This document shows, piece by piece, positions 49,414 to 61,494 of a DNA stretch of 64,000 nucleotides. The position numbers were made by a program, and so were the translations under genes. The DNA lies in assembly GCA_951804945.1 (NCBI GenBank), contig OX638160.1, positions 40,300,001 through 40,364,000 of the forward strand, in the 5' to 3' direction. Positions within the stretch are counted from its first letter, which is position 1; each line of letters opens with the position of its first letter. Source of the DNA: Podarcis cretensis (Eukaryota). The notes beneath the pieces were generated by a model. It saw nothing but the letters and a program-made list of their open reading frames with translations. It did no database searches and was not told where the DNA came from.

Positions 49414-51651
49414 CTGTGTTGTAGGCACACAAGCCCCAGAAAACAAATGGCAGTGTGAAGCTGCAAATTTATTAAAAATATACTTACAAGAGTACACACC
49501 ACTCAGGTACTACTTAATTTTTATTTTTTTTTGAATATTTTTATTGAGCTCTTTTTCATAAGAACAAAAACAAACAAAAAAAATCAAATACAAGAAGAAA
49601 ACAAGAAATAACAAACAAAGGTACCATATGGCAAAATTACAAAACCACCGACACATACAACCATACAAAAGAGGAAAAAAACAAACAAAAACAAACAAAA
49701 ATATACCCACCCATCCCAAAACAGTGATCGACTTCCCTTCAAAACGGCTTGAGTTGAGGTACTACTTAATTTTTTTAATGTAAGGAAGAGCAAGAGACCA
49801 ACCCCAATTATGGTTATGTAAGAAAGTGAGCCCCTTTTATTTTCTCCCAAAAAACAAAACAAAACCCTGGCCTTTTTGTCTGCACTTTGGCAGACTTAAT
49901 TCATTCAGCGAGTGGGAGCAGCTCCTGTGCATATAAATTTATCTACTTGAGCTCAAAGGGGGAAATGTTGTAGTAGCCATTTTTATATTTAACATTATAG
50001 TGAATGGGGCCTCAGAGCAGCTCAGAAGCCAAAACACAGAATGAGGCCAAAAGAGCACGAAACAACTCAGAAGCAGATTGATTTTTTTTTTTAATGCACA
50101 GACTCAGATACAAAGGGAAACCTGCCCCATGCACACCCCTACTAAATGCGGTTTCTATCATAACCACCACAGAAATCTGATGTAGTAAAATGATCTCATT
50201 GTGATTTTTTCACATCAGACAAATTCATGTGAATCTGCCATGCATTGCATGTTACACTCCTTCTTCTGGATGCCATTTCATGCCATCGCAACACACGTAG
50301 TCCAAGAGTTTGAATTACATGGAAATGGCAGGTTGTCGTTTCACTGATAGGCGATTATGATACACAGAACGGTTTAAATGCAATTATTCCATTTTATCAT
50401 TGCAAATAACTACTGCTGATTTTTTTTTTTAATTAAAAAAGAAGAACTGTAGAACTCCAGCATTCATTTAAGGGAAGAGTTCATAGTGCTTTCAGTGATC
50501 ATTTCCTATTCTAAATAAGTCTTCTTTGCAGATAATATTTCATATTATATTAGCTCTTTCATAAGAGATGAACAGCAGGCTGCCACTGTCTGCCCTTTCC
50601 AATATCGTTTTTTTAAATATTATGAACTTCTTTAAACTTCAGGGGAGCTCATGTTAACAAACAGGTAAGGAAGAAGCAGTTTCTTAATTCACCAAAGGAG
50701 GCCTTGAGCATTAGCAATTATATTTGCTTGGCAAATTGTTTTCAGTTGCATGACTGCAGCAGTCGGTAAAGGTCAAGAAGTTTGAACAGTGGGATTAGAA
50801 ATCATCCTCATTGATTAGTTTGTTCAAACATCTTAAAAATTCACAGTAATGTAGATTGTGCTTCAAGAAAGCAAGGCTACCTCACAGAGTCATTGTTGAG
50901 ACACACAGCTTTCTTAGAAGACTGGGAGAGCACACTTCACTCTTAGACAATAAAAGGCTTACTTTCAGAGTGTTTAGAAATAGTGATGTACAACCGTCCC
51001 TTTTCTTCATCCCAAAGGGAATAACCCTTTGCAAATGGTCCAAGTGAGCGGACACAAAGGACTGACATTTTTGTGCATACTCCCAAGTGACCACATGCAA
51101 AACACTAGCAGGCGCTCAGAGCATTCCAGCACATTTGCCAACACCTTCTTCCCCTTACCTGCTTCCTAAGGCCCTCAAAAATATTACCTGGGGCAGAAGA
51201 AAAGGTAGAAGGTGACAGGAAGGCTTCTTGGCAGAACATTGTGTCCTCACTGAGGAGGACACTGGGAGTGGGATTATACATTGCAACATTGTAATACATC
51301 AGTTTCTTCCAAGGATTGGTTTATGTCCAGATGTGCTGGGACATAAACTTCCAGTGCCCTCTTTAGTGTAGATGTCTCTCCCTTCTTCTGTCCCTGGTAG
51401 GTTTGGGGACCATTGAGAGGGCAGGGAAGATGGAGATGGAAGTGGGAATCAAACAGAGGCACTATTTTTTTCATTTTTATGATCCCCTCATTTTGATTAT
51501 CCATAGCATCTTTGCTTAAAAATACGAATTGCTTGCCCTCAAAGGATCGGCCACATTTGGCACTTTTTCTGTCTGTTTCTGGATTGGCTTCGTGCAGAGA
51601 TGCAGCAGACAGCACTTTCTAATGGAAACATGGGAGAGCCATGTTTGTCTG

Positions 51652-51760
51652 TTGCAGCAAACACACAAAAAAGGAGTCTTGTGACACCTCGAAGACAAAA
51701 TAGATTTATTGTGACATAAGCTTTTGTAGATTTGACTGCATTTCATCAGAATGCTTGAAG
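51652..51760 (-). mobile_element. Penelope-like terminal remnant with a decayed hammerhead
   Basis: Minus strand cat-t-CTGATGA-aatg..ctac-AAAA-gctt-atg..aataaa..gaggtgtcacaagactc. Confidence 0.65.
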
Positions 51761-51804
51761 TGTGAGTTGGAACAGGGGAGAAAAGTATGAAGCCTTGGGA
51801 ATAA

Positions 51805-51980
51805 TTAGGACGCTGCCTTATACAAATTCAGACTATTTGTTCACCTAGACCAATATATCTGATTGGCTGTATTTCTCCAGGGTCTTAAGCAGAAGTTTTC
51901 TCCCCACATGCTACCCAATCTGTTTCAGTGATACTAGGGACTAAACCATGTGCTCTATCATTGAGCTTTGGTTTCACCTC
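51805..51980 (-). mobile_element. Old Squam2-like SINE
   Basis: gctgccttatacaaattcagacta..ctccagggtcttaagcaga..gctctatcattgagct, similar to the 23438 copy. Confidence 0.5.
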
Positions 51981-52074
51981 ATAGCTAAGTGGCTTGTAAT
52001 TAAATTATTATCCAAGTACTTAAAATACAGAAAAGTGATAGAATGCACCCCAGTGAAGGTTCACTGGAAAAAAG

Positions 52075-52435
52075 GCAAGATCAGTCTGGGAATTAGATGG
52101 AATAAGAGGAGACCAAGAGGGGAGATGATAACCATCTTTAAATATCTAAAGGGCTATCACATGGAAGATGGAGCAACCTTGTTTTCTCCTGCTCTGGAGA
52201 GCAGGATCCAAACCAACATATCCAAATTGCAGGGAAGGAGATTCTGCCTAAACATCAGGAAGAACTTTCTGATGGTAAGAGCTGTTCAGCAGTGGAGCAG
52301 ACTCCCTCAGACGGTGGTGGACTCTCCTTCATTGGAGGTTTTTAAGCAGAGGTTGGGTGGCCATCTAAAATGGAGGTTCCTGCATTGTAGAGAGTTGAAC
52401 TAGAGGACCATTGGGGTCCCTTCCAAGATTCTATT
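52075..52435 (+). mobile_element. CR1 LINE 3' end
   Basis: [46 protein letters not shown]. Confidence 0.92.
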
Positions 52436-53272
52436 AATTTTACAGAGAGGGAGTGCACTGCATCTTTTGGGTGTTCCTATTTTGTCAGGGCTTTCAGATT
52501 AGCAATTATCAGACTGTTGGGCTCATCCATATTTCTATTTGTCCTGTGATTTCTTCCAAACTTCAGTCTGGCTGACATTTGTTCTCATTCACAAGTAAAC
52601 AGTGGGTTTCCCCAAGGAAATTGGTGGGACAAATCAAAACCTCTCGGACAAACCCTAAACCCAAGCATTGCTCATTTCAGTTAGATGCGTCCTGCAAAAA
52701 ACAGGAGGGCCTCATTCATCAATTGCCTTCTTTTGAATATTACTTTAGTAGTGACATTCAGTAGGTGTGGATACTCAGAGCTTTCCTTTTTATTGTGCCA
52801 TGAAATATGGCAAATATTGTGACTGTATTATGTATAAGTGTTTTGCAGGAAAATGTTATTATTGAATACAGTGACAAAGGACTGAAGTTTTTTGTTTTAA
52901 TGCTGCCAATACAAACAGCCCTAAAATACCAACTACCTGACCCTGTTGAATGAATTATTGGCATTGTGGAAAGTCTCACTCCTCTCGGCTGGGACTCCCA
53001 GGTGTTTTTGCATATGATCGCATCCTAAGACTTTTATGATAATGAAGAATTAGATAGCCTTTCTCCATTTCTTTTTTTGGCAGTTGGTGCCAGGCAAGCT
53101 ATCTTATTAAACATTTCTTTAATTGAGAATTTATTTTAAAAGATTAAACTAACATAAAATAAAAATGGCGCTCATGAATATTCAACACAAAACTTTTTGA
53201 GATACTTTGCTGCTACGAGTCTGAGGTCATATAGTCCCCAGCTTCTAGAGTTCATAATGGGTTAGCTACTGC

Positions 53273-53451
53273 CAGTGGCGTAGCGTGGGTTATCAGCACC
53301 CGGGGCAAGGCAAGTAATTTGCGCCCCCTAACCCATGGATTTGCGCCACCTAATCCGTGGATTTGCGCCCCCTAACCCGTGGATTTCCCTAACCCCCAGA
53401 TGTTGCGCCCGGTGCGGCCAGCCCCCCTGCACCCCCCACGCTACGCCACTG
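53273..53451. mobile_element. Young hAT MITE (179 bp) with a 3x22-bp internal repeat
   Basis: Perfect 17-bp TIR cagtggcgtagcgtggg/cccacgctacgccactg; exact 8-bp TSD GCTACTGC. Confidence 0.93.
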
Positions 53452-53684
53452 GCTACTGCTGTTGTTTTTCCCCGAGTAAGTAGACCTCTGAGGAGAATAA
53501 GGCACCACAAAACCAAGCATCCTTGATGGGCTTATATATTTCCCAATATATAAAAGTGGGCGTGGGAAGAAAACATCTCCTCAAGGTGCTCTCCTTTCCT
53601 CATTAGTATTTCACACGACCCACATCTGACCCTGTGAGGAATGGGGCTGTAGATACTATGAGGTGACTGATATGCATTTGCACA

Positions 53685-53720
<36 letters not shown>

Positions 53721-53741
53721 TATGTTGTTGTTGTTGTTGTT
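53685..53741. repeat. Compound (CAT)n-(GTT)n microsatellite
   Basis: Direct reading. Confidence 0.95.
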
Positions 53742-53799
53742 TTGCTGTTTCACATGGTCTAGGGTGTGAGCTCTTGCGCTGAAAACACAGTCTTTGCCT

Positions 53800-54480
53800 T
53801 CGAATATATTTTGCCCTTGGGTATCGCATGTGGCGATACCTTTGCTCCCCGCTCCCCCCGAACCCCCTCAGTAGCAGCGTGAAAAGCCCGCCATTTCTCC
53901 CTCCCGCCAAAACCCGGCGCTTTGTCTGCTAGCCAATGGGATGTCCCCGCCAAGCCGCCCGCGAGGGAGGGAGCAACAAGGCTCGCGGCAGGGCTGTGAG
54001 GGGTGGGGGGGACTCGTCGAGCGCGCACGCGCAAAGGGGTCTCTTTGGCTTCGCGCGCAGGGCGCCTTCCCCGGGTCGGCGAAAGTGGGCAGGAGCGGCG
54101 GCGGCGAAAGTAGCATCCTTTCCCTATGCCCGAAAGTCCGCGGCGGCGCTGCTCCTCCTCCTCCTCCTCCTGCTGCTGCTGCTCCTCGCCTCCTCCGCCA
54201 CCAGCGCGCTTTGCACTTTCTTCCCCGCGACCCCATCCTTCGCAAGGCAAACTTTGATGGAGAATTTCACACCGCGCTGGAAAAATGCCTGTTATGAAAG
54301 GATTACTGGCACCTCAGAACACCTTCCTGGACACCATCGCCACTAGGTTTGACGGCACACGTAAGTCTCGCCCAGGCAAGGCGCGGGAGGCGCTTCTCGG
54401 GCTTGCGGGGGAAACTCTCCATCCCGTCGCCGGCGCTCTTTTGGGGAAGGATGGCTCGGGAAACGGCTCGGATCAAACTT
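53800..54480 (+). promoter_or_regulatory. CpG island: promoter, 5'UTR and exon 1 of the Elk channel gene
   Basis: Sharp rise in GC and CpG density; CCAAT box agccaatggg at 53931-53940; (CCT)n(GCT)n tract at ~54148-54195. Confidence 0.85.
54285..54360 (+). CDS. KCNH8: First coding exon of an Elk-subfamily voltage-gated K+ channel (Kv12.1), PAS-cap N-terminus
   Basis: [25 protein letters not shown] plus 1 nt (76 nt), then gtaagt donor. KCNH8 and KCNH4 share this N-terminus; the >50 kb gene-free upstream region and >9 kb intron 1 favour KCNH8. Confidence 0.88.
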
Positions 54481-54951
54481 TGCAGACCATTTCTTCTTCA
54501 ACATGTGAATTCTCTCGTTTTTTAAAAGAAAAAACGGGGGGGGGGGTGCTTTCCATTATTGCCCATCCAAACATCATTATGATTGTCACTTTAGAAACTT
54601 TGGGTATCCAAAGAGACTTTGCGATCAAAGATGATTTGATACCCGTTCCCCGTCCAATTTCTCCCTTGTGGTTTAAGATCTATTCGGAAAATCTCCTCGG
54701 AAGTAAGGGACCTGGGTGGAGGTGGGAGGGACAGAAACAGGCAGACCTCGTTCTCAGAATGGAGCTTTGATTTTTATTGTATTTTTTTTTTTTTTAAAAA
54801 AAGATCTCTTTAAAAGCTTAATTCCGGTATGCCAGGTTGTGTATTGGCTGGGCAGCTGTTGTCTGAGGTTACTGAATGAAGTCTATATCCGTCCGATTAA
54901 TGAATGAGTTTATTACGGCAGCCGGGAGAAAAAAGGGAGAAAGGTTAGCTT

Positions 54952-54972
54952 TTCAGGACCCTGGACAGATCC
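54952..54972 (+). promoter_or_regulatory. RE1/NRSE (REST-binding) element candidate
   Basis: TTCAGGACCCTGGACAGATCC vs consensus TTCAGCACCnnGGACAGnnCC; canonical 2-nt spacer; ~600 bp into intron 1 of a neuronal channel gene. Confidence 0.7.
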
Positions 54973-57069
54973 AATCGTTCTCACCCAGAAGTCTAATCCT
55001 AGATTTCTCTCTGAAGGGTTGCGTGCGTCCCTGATGGCCTGTTTTTTCTTTTTTTAACGTTCCAGCTGTTCCTTGTGTTTGTGTGTGTGTTTAATAGGAA
55101 AAGAAAACCCAGTTAGAATACAATTTCCCTCCCTTCACAGGACACACATGGCCTTCCTGCTGCTTCAGTAAATCCCTGTTCAATGGTTCCCTTGTGATAT
55201 ATTGTATTCACATAGTAGGGGTGTGTGTGTTTGTGTATGGGGTGTGTGTATGTATAATTGAACACATGCACATGCGGCAACACACACACAAATACACACC
55301 ACCTGAAGGATTATTAAAGAGCCTGTTAGTAGACTTTCTTTTTTGGAAGAATGTTGCTATTTGCCCTGATAGAGGTAGAACTGTTTAAATATTTAAATAA
55401 AGGGAGTACATAAGGATCATTCAGCAAAAGTTTATTAGCAGTGGGAGAATGTCAGTATTTCTGTGAAGTCTGTAGCTGCTTTTAGGAGGATTACCACGAA
55501 TCAGTTCTTTAAAGTGTTGACAATTCTTGGTTGTTGCTTCCACCCCACACCCCGTCTCCTATGAATATTGCGCTAGTCAAGACTCTGGTTCAATGCATCA
55601 GGGTGATACAGTTGCATCTTCTTAAATTGTAAGATGTTAATTATAGTCTATAGCTACAGTAATGACTTATAATAAATTGTAATGCTGAATTAGATTGTGT
55701 CATACACTGGGACCAGGTTAGTAGGATTAGATGAAAATGTTAGGCTTTCATTTTGGCATATTTTTTTCCAGTTTTCCAGCTCTATTCTATGTTAGCAATT
55801 TCAAGTAATTTTAATTTGAGAAATTAAAAATACCGGTAAATTAAAAATAAATATCCAGGGCAGGTGCTTCATACTGGAACATGGAACCAAGTGAAAGCAG
55901 AAGGATCCCACACACCCCATTCCCCCCCCCCCCCAAAAAAATGATGACGTATATTCTAGGTTGACTTATGTTCAAGCATTTTTTTAACCATAGAAGTAAA
56001 ATGTCATTTGGTTTAGCTTTTTAAAAAAGACCCCTGCACCAAAAAATGGGTAAAGAAATATACCCACCCTTGAGCTCAGTTGGACTTCTGATTTTTGGAC
56101 TTCTAGAGGAATGCAGGTTACATCACAACCAAGCCAATTTGAAGTACATGTGGGCAAAGGATCTAAATTTGGGCTAAATACAAGACTCTGTTGGGTTGTG
56201 GCAAAAGCTGCCAATCTTTCCTCAAATTTCAATGTTATAATGTTATGTTCAAAGATGGCACATGACTGAGTCAAGGCATGCACTTGCTTAACTCTGTCAC
56301 TAAAATTAATGAGACTGATAAATACTCATTTTTAATAGACCGTGTCCTTAAATATTGCACAGTACAATTTACATAAACCATTTTGTCCTGCAGACCCCTT
56401 TGAAAGTGATATTATGGTGTTATAAATGTTGAGCCCATGTTTTAACATAGCAACATTGACTGTAGCTAACATAGCTCCTTTTATTCTAAATCTTTGGAGA
56501 GGATATATTTTGTTGTCATCAGTAAGACTCTTATCCAGCAATACATCTTTAATCCTGTGGAGAATTAATTCTAATTCCGGGCAACAGTACAGGAAAGGAT
56601 TCCTGATCATGTTGGGAAATATGTTCTGATTTATAAAGCACTCTCATTAAAGCATAATTTTTTTTATCTATTTCATCTTTAATCATTGAAGTTTACATGT
56701 GACAGAGAAACTTGGCAGACTGAATCACCTCAAGTAAAAAAGAAAACTTTGCTTGGGTCTTTATATGCTTGTACTTAAGCAATTTAGAGGGAGGCAAATT
56801 TCATCAACTGAAGTGTCTCCATAATAGTCTTCTAAGGGTCTTCTCTCAAACAGTGGCCAGAATTTGACTGGGAAGTTCACAAGCAGGGAATGATGTTTGC
56901 AATAGTGACAGGCAACCACATTTCTCTCTACTTTGCTTAGGAACACAATGCAGTTTGGATTTTAATTGAGAATTATTTGTACATTTTCATGATTTCCCAA
57001 ACTGCATTCATGGTACACATGAATAACATGTGCAATATTGTTATTCAGTGTCACAATGGCTAGGTTGAA

Positions 57070-57225
57070 GTATGCCTCTGAATACCACTTGCTGGGAATC
57101 AGAACTGGGCCAAGAGCTGCTGTATTGGGGTCCTGCATGCAGGCTTCCCATAAGGCATTTGGCTGACCAGTGTGAGAAGAGGATGCTGGACTAGATGCTG
57201 CCGTGCTCATCTAATGTTTTTATGC
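57070..57225 (+). mobile_element. Old CR1 3'UTR
   Basis: gcctctgaatacca..gtgagaagaggatgctggactagatg; same type as 37043-37440. Confidence 0.55.
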
Positions 57226-60050
57226 AGTTCCGTCACTCACCAGGTGCTACACCTGAGCAGTAGCATACACATCTCTCCAGATAATATTGGGAATTGGTGT
57301 GGAAAGGAGCATACTAGTCCTGTTGGAGGCACTGCTGTTATGGCAATCACTGAACACTGTTAAAGAGGAGAAATAGGTTGTATTTCATCACTAGCATTTG
57401 TTCTGCAGCACAATGGGTCCCTGCATAATGTTAGTGATAAATGCTCAAGCGTTTAGACAAACATTATGAATTGAAACACCCCCTTTTCAAACTGATGGTT
57501 GCAGTTGACAAGAGACACAAAAATACAATTTAGGATGTCTTGCTTGAAATTAACTCCCTTCCCCAGTGTTGTGTGATTCAGAAAAGAGCAGATCTCGAAT
57601 ATTGGTCTCACTTGTAGCAAATGAAAGCAGCTGGGATATCAGCACAGTTGGCTATCTGAAGTGAAATTACTGAATAAATAAAGACTCATGGATTGGTTTG
57701 GATATTACCCTTCTGGAAGTATGCTACATTTGCTTCATTACTGGCTATTACCAGCAGTTTATATGAATTTAAGTAGCCTTAAAGTACTCAAGAGGTAATC
57801 TTACACGTTTTACTTTAAAGTGCTCTTGTTTTTAATAGATGTTTTTATCTAAGAAAGTGTGCTTAGAATCATAGCCTAATGCACTAACTTGGAAGTAAGC
57901 CACCTTAGAATCAATGGTACTTATACTGGAGTAAACATGATTGCTTACGATGGTGTTGCAAATCTTCAAGAGCACATTTTGAAATGCAAGTAACGAAGAA
58001 GTGGGGCAGCCTGAAGTCCCAAGGCCATATGCAGCTCTCAGCCAAATTCCATGTGAGTTGCCAGGAGTGAAATAATGGGTGGTAGAAGAAAGACAGAGAA
58101 TGAGAAAGAGAGTGACTACACACTTTTAGCTCTAGCCCACTAGTGGCTCCACCCATGTCCACCACCAGTACGCAGCTCTTGAAAAGATACTTTTAAGGAA
58201 ATCTGACTACTGAAGGAAAAAAGTTTCCTCACCGGTGACATAATGGATGGGAATGCTGCAATGACTTCTAGATCTTCTTTAAACCTTTGTGGGACCCCCC
58301 ATGCTTTCCCCATTTCCATGGCAGCTGGGGTATAGCTTCCATCTCCCCAAGGACAGCAGCTTTTGTGCTCATTGGCCCATTGGCAGGGTGATGTACTTCC
58401 AGGGTGCTGTGCCACCATCTATTTTATCTGGCTGTGGCTATCTTGCCATTGCCTTCTTGAGGGATAACCTGTTGGACACATTCGTTCTGCCTCTTGGCTT
58501 TTCCAGACTGAGAAGCACTCCTTAGACTTCAGCAATTTCTTGAAATCATTGTCACCATCCATTAAGCAAATTCCCTCTACTAGTTAATTAGAAATAAGAG
58601 TAGCAGGAGAAAGAGATATGCATTCAGCAATGCAGGGGCAAAATAGGTAGTTGGGGGGGGGGGAACCACCAGTGATTGCTTTTCTCATAAAATTTCTGCA
58701 GGGAAAAACAATTGTATATTTTTAAAGAAATCCTTTGGCGGTTTGTTTTTTGCTACATATATCTGCAATGTTTAAATATGTAATTACTAAAAGCATAGAA
58801 AAAGTATTAAGGGTACAGTGAAACGTAACATAAACCAATACACATGTGATTAAAAGTGTTATCATAATGCTGATATGGTTCAATATACTGTTACACGCCT
58901 TCCCAATCTCTGCAGAGTAGTGCAAGATTCCAGAGGTATCAGAAACACTAACCTGGGTCTGTGTTCCCTTTTGGGACAGTGAGGCACAGCGGAGAAAGTC
59001 ATGTCTTTATGATAGATGGCTTATTTACACATATATACAACCTGAATCTAGATGAAGGGATTGCAGAGCATTCAAATACCTCCACTATAAGATTCCAAAT
59101 TCCATTGGATTCAAGGAACAGCAAAAAGCCATGCTCTGTGTCTCTTTTGTTTCAGCCTGTCACCGTCGGTCCACATCGTGTTCTACTCATCATTCTCTGC
59201 TTCCCAAACTGCTTGCAAAACTGACACTTTTTTCTTGTTTGATTATGTCATCTACCCTGAAACCCTCACAACCAGAGGAGGGTTCTCTCACCTCCTTGTC
59301 CAGCAGTCTGGCACTCTCTCTTGATGGTTTCCTTGATGGGCCATTACTCTGCTTTGTTCCTTAATGGCTTACCCTCAGCTAGCCTTGCCAGGCTAGTCTG
59401 GCTTGTTAGCATAAACAAACCCCCGGAATTTCCATGTTTAGTAGACTTTAATCAAGCCTTGATTAATTCTAACTCTTACCAATTTTAAGAATTATGGGTG
59501 CCTTGCACTCACATAATTCTGGCACCCCAACACATACAATTAACTGGTGTTTATGTGAACCCTTTATCCTGTGGGACTTCACGAGTTCTCTGACAATAAA
59601 TGCCAAATTTGGAAGTGGTCTCAAATCAAGAAAAAGATAGGCTAGGAAAATGGAAACCAAAGGACAGTTTCCAATATGAGTTCTGGATTGCTGATAAGGG
59701 CGGAAAGCATTTCTGTGCAATCCTAATCCCGTATATTGATGTCTGGGGACAGTGTGGGTTAGGATTGTGTTCCTGTTTCCCCAATAGGCTAGTGGAGACG
59801 AACACAGCTGATTGAGGATAGGCAGGGAAAGGTGTTCTGCTCCACCTGCAGCCCTTGCTTCACTGGAGTGATCAAAATGCCCCTTCTAGCAGCAGGTTCC
59901 CTAATGGAGCATTTCCTAGCAGGGTAGCGTGCCAGAGGTTCTGGATCTGCTGGATCCCCAAAAGGCCAATCATTGGGCCCTTCTGCTACTGTTCCACACT
60001 CCTGCTCTCTAGCCCCATTTAGGATTGCTGCACTGACTTACGTGTGATTT

Positions 60051-60268
60051 CAGTGGTACCTCGGGTTAAGAACTTAATTCGTTCTGGAGGTCCATTCTTA
60101 ACCTGAAACTGTTTTTAACCTGAGGTACCACTTTAGCTAATGGGGCCTCCCGCTGCTGCCGCCGCACGATTTCTGTTCTCATCCTGAAACAAAGTTCTTA
60201 ACCCAAGGTACTATTTCTGGCTTAGCGGAGTCTGTAACCTGAAGCATCTGTAACCCAAGGTACCACTG
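60051..60268 (+). mobile_element. Tigger-like MITE, family A
   Basis: TIR cagtggtacct/aggtaccactg; TA on the right side only. Confidence 0.9.
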
Positions 60269-60768
60269 TACCATCTTAAATAAATATATTTATTTATGTT
60301 AGAAAATTTGTTCTGCCTTTTTCTCTGTTCAATGTGACCAAAGTTCACAATACCTATAAAATATCAAGGTACAATAGAATATAAGCAGGATAAAGTCAAC
60401 ATCAAGAGAACACCACTCCCCCCCAAAAAAAAATACCTCCCTCCAAACCATAAATTAAGTTACAAAAGCACAATGTAAAAAAAAAAAAAGTCTCACTTGT
60501 TTATAATGTGGTACAGAAGAAGCAGCCAATGCAGTGGCATCCTCATGTTTTGAACCACAATCCTCATCAGCTCCAGCCCACATGGCTAATGGTCAGGGAC
60601 TATAGGAATTGTAGTCCAACAATATCAGGAGGCAGCTATATTGGCTCCAATTGGGGTTTAGAGCAAGCTTTTCTAGGAAGTAATTTCTATATTTAGGGCA
60701 CCAGAGCAAAGAAGGCCCTTCTCAATGTGCAGAAATAATTAAATTTATGAACATGTAATAGACAGAGA

Positions 60769-61116
60769 GGGATGCGGGTGGCACTGTGGGTTAAACCACA
60801 GAGCCTAGGAGAAGGATCAGAAGGTTGGTGGTTCGAATCCCCGCGACGGGGTGAGCTCCCATTGCTCAGTCACTGCTCCTGCCAACCTAGCAGTTCGAAA
60901 GCATGTCAAAGTGCAAGTAAATAAATAGGTACTGCTCCGTCGGGAAGGTAAATGGCATTTCCGTGCGCTGCTCTGGTTCGCCAGAAGTGGCTTAGTCATG
61001 CTGGCCACGTGACCCGGAAGCTGTATGCCGGCTCCCTCGGCCAGTAAAGCGAGATGAGCGCCGCAACCCCAGAGTCGGTCACGACTGGACCTAATGGTCA
61101 GGGGTCCCTTTACCTT
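60769..61116 (+). mobile_element. Full-length Sauria SINE
   Basis: Head gggatgcgggtggcactgtgg; tail tttaccttt; TSD TAATAGACAGAGA. Confidence 0.93.
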
Positions 61117-61494
61117 TAATAGACAGAGAGGGTTGTATGGGAAAAGGTACTGAGGTACATTGGATTCAGGCCTTGTAAGGCTTTATATCCTATAATCATC
61201 ACAATGTTGAATGCACCCAGAACTGGACAGGCAACTAGTGTGCTTTGAAAGGTCTTTTCTCTTGCAGATATTTTACATAGTCTTCAATGGCTCCTTTTTG
61301 TAAAGTTCCATACCCTCCCATTTGATACTGTTTGGGAGAGTGAGGGCAAAGCAATATATTATCATGTGTAAGAATAGCTTACAAGTTCCAGGATGAAATT
61401 ATTACAAATGTTTAATAAAAGACATATACACCCAGGCCAATAGAGTAATAAATTTACCTTTACATAAGAAAAGAAGAAATCTAATAAACTGCAA

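Noticed and set aside
53317-53395. 22-bp repeats as a CRISPR array or interstitial telomere
   Set aside because: Head-to-tail with no spacers, inside a MITE, in a eukaryote; CCCTAA occurs only once per unit
53759-54346. Long ORFs on both strands across the CpG island
   Set aside because: Expected from GC-rich, stop-poor sequence with trinucleotide tracts; only the ATG at 54257 was kept, as a uORF
54285-54770. 161-aa ORF as a complete protein
   Set aside because: Channel similarity ends at FDGT, exactly at a gtaagt donor (54361); the rest is intron read-through
56332-56946. Minus-strand ORFs (92 and 61 aa) as an ancient transposase or viral fragment
   Set aside because: No motif I can recognise; lengths are within chance range
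59600-59815. KDSFQYEFWIADKGGKHFC as a zinc-finger/transposase N-terminus
   Set aside because: Resemblance too short and no second Cys/His pair; cannot be supported without a profile search
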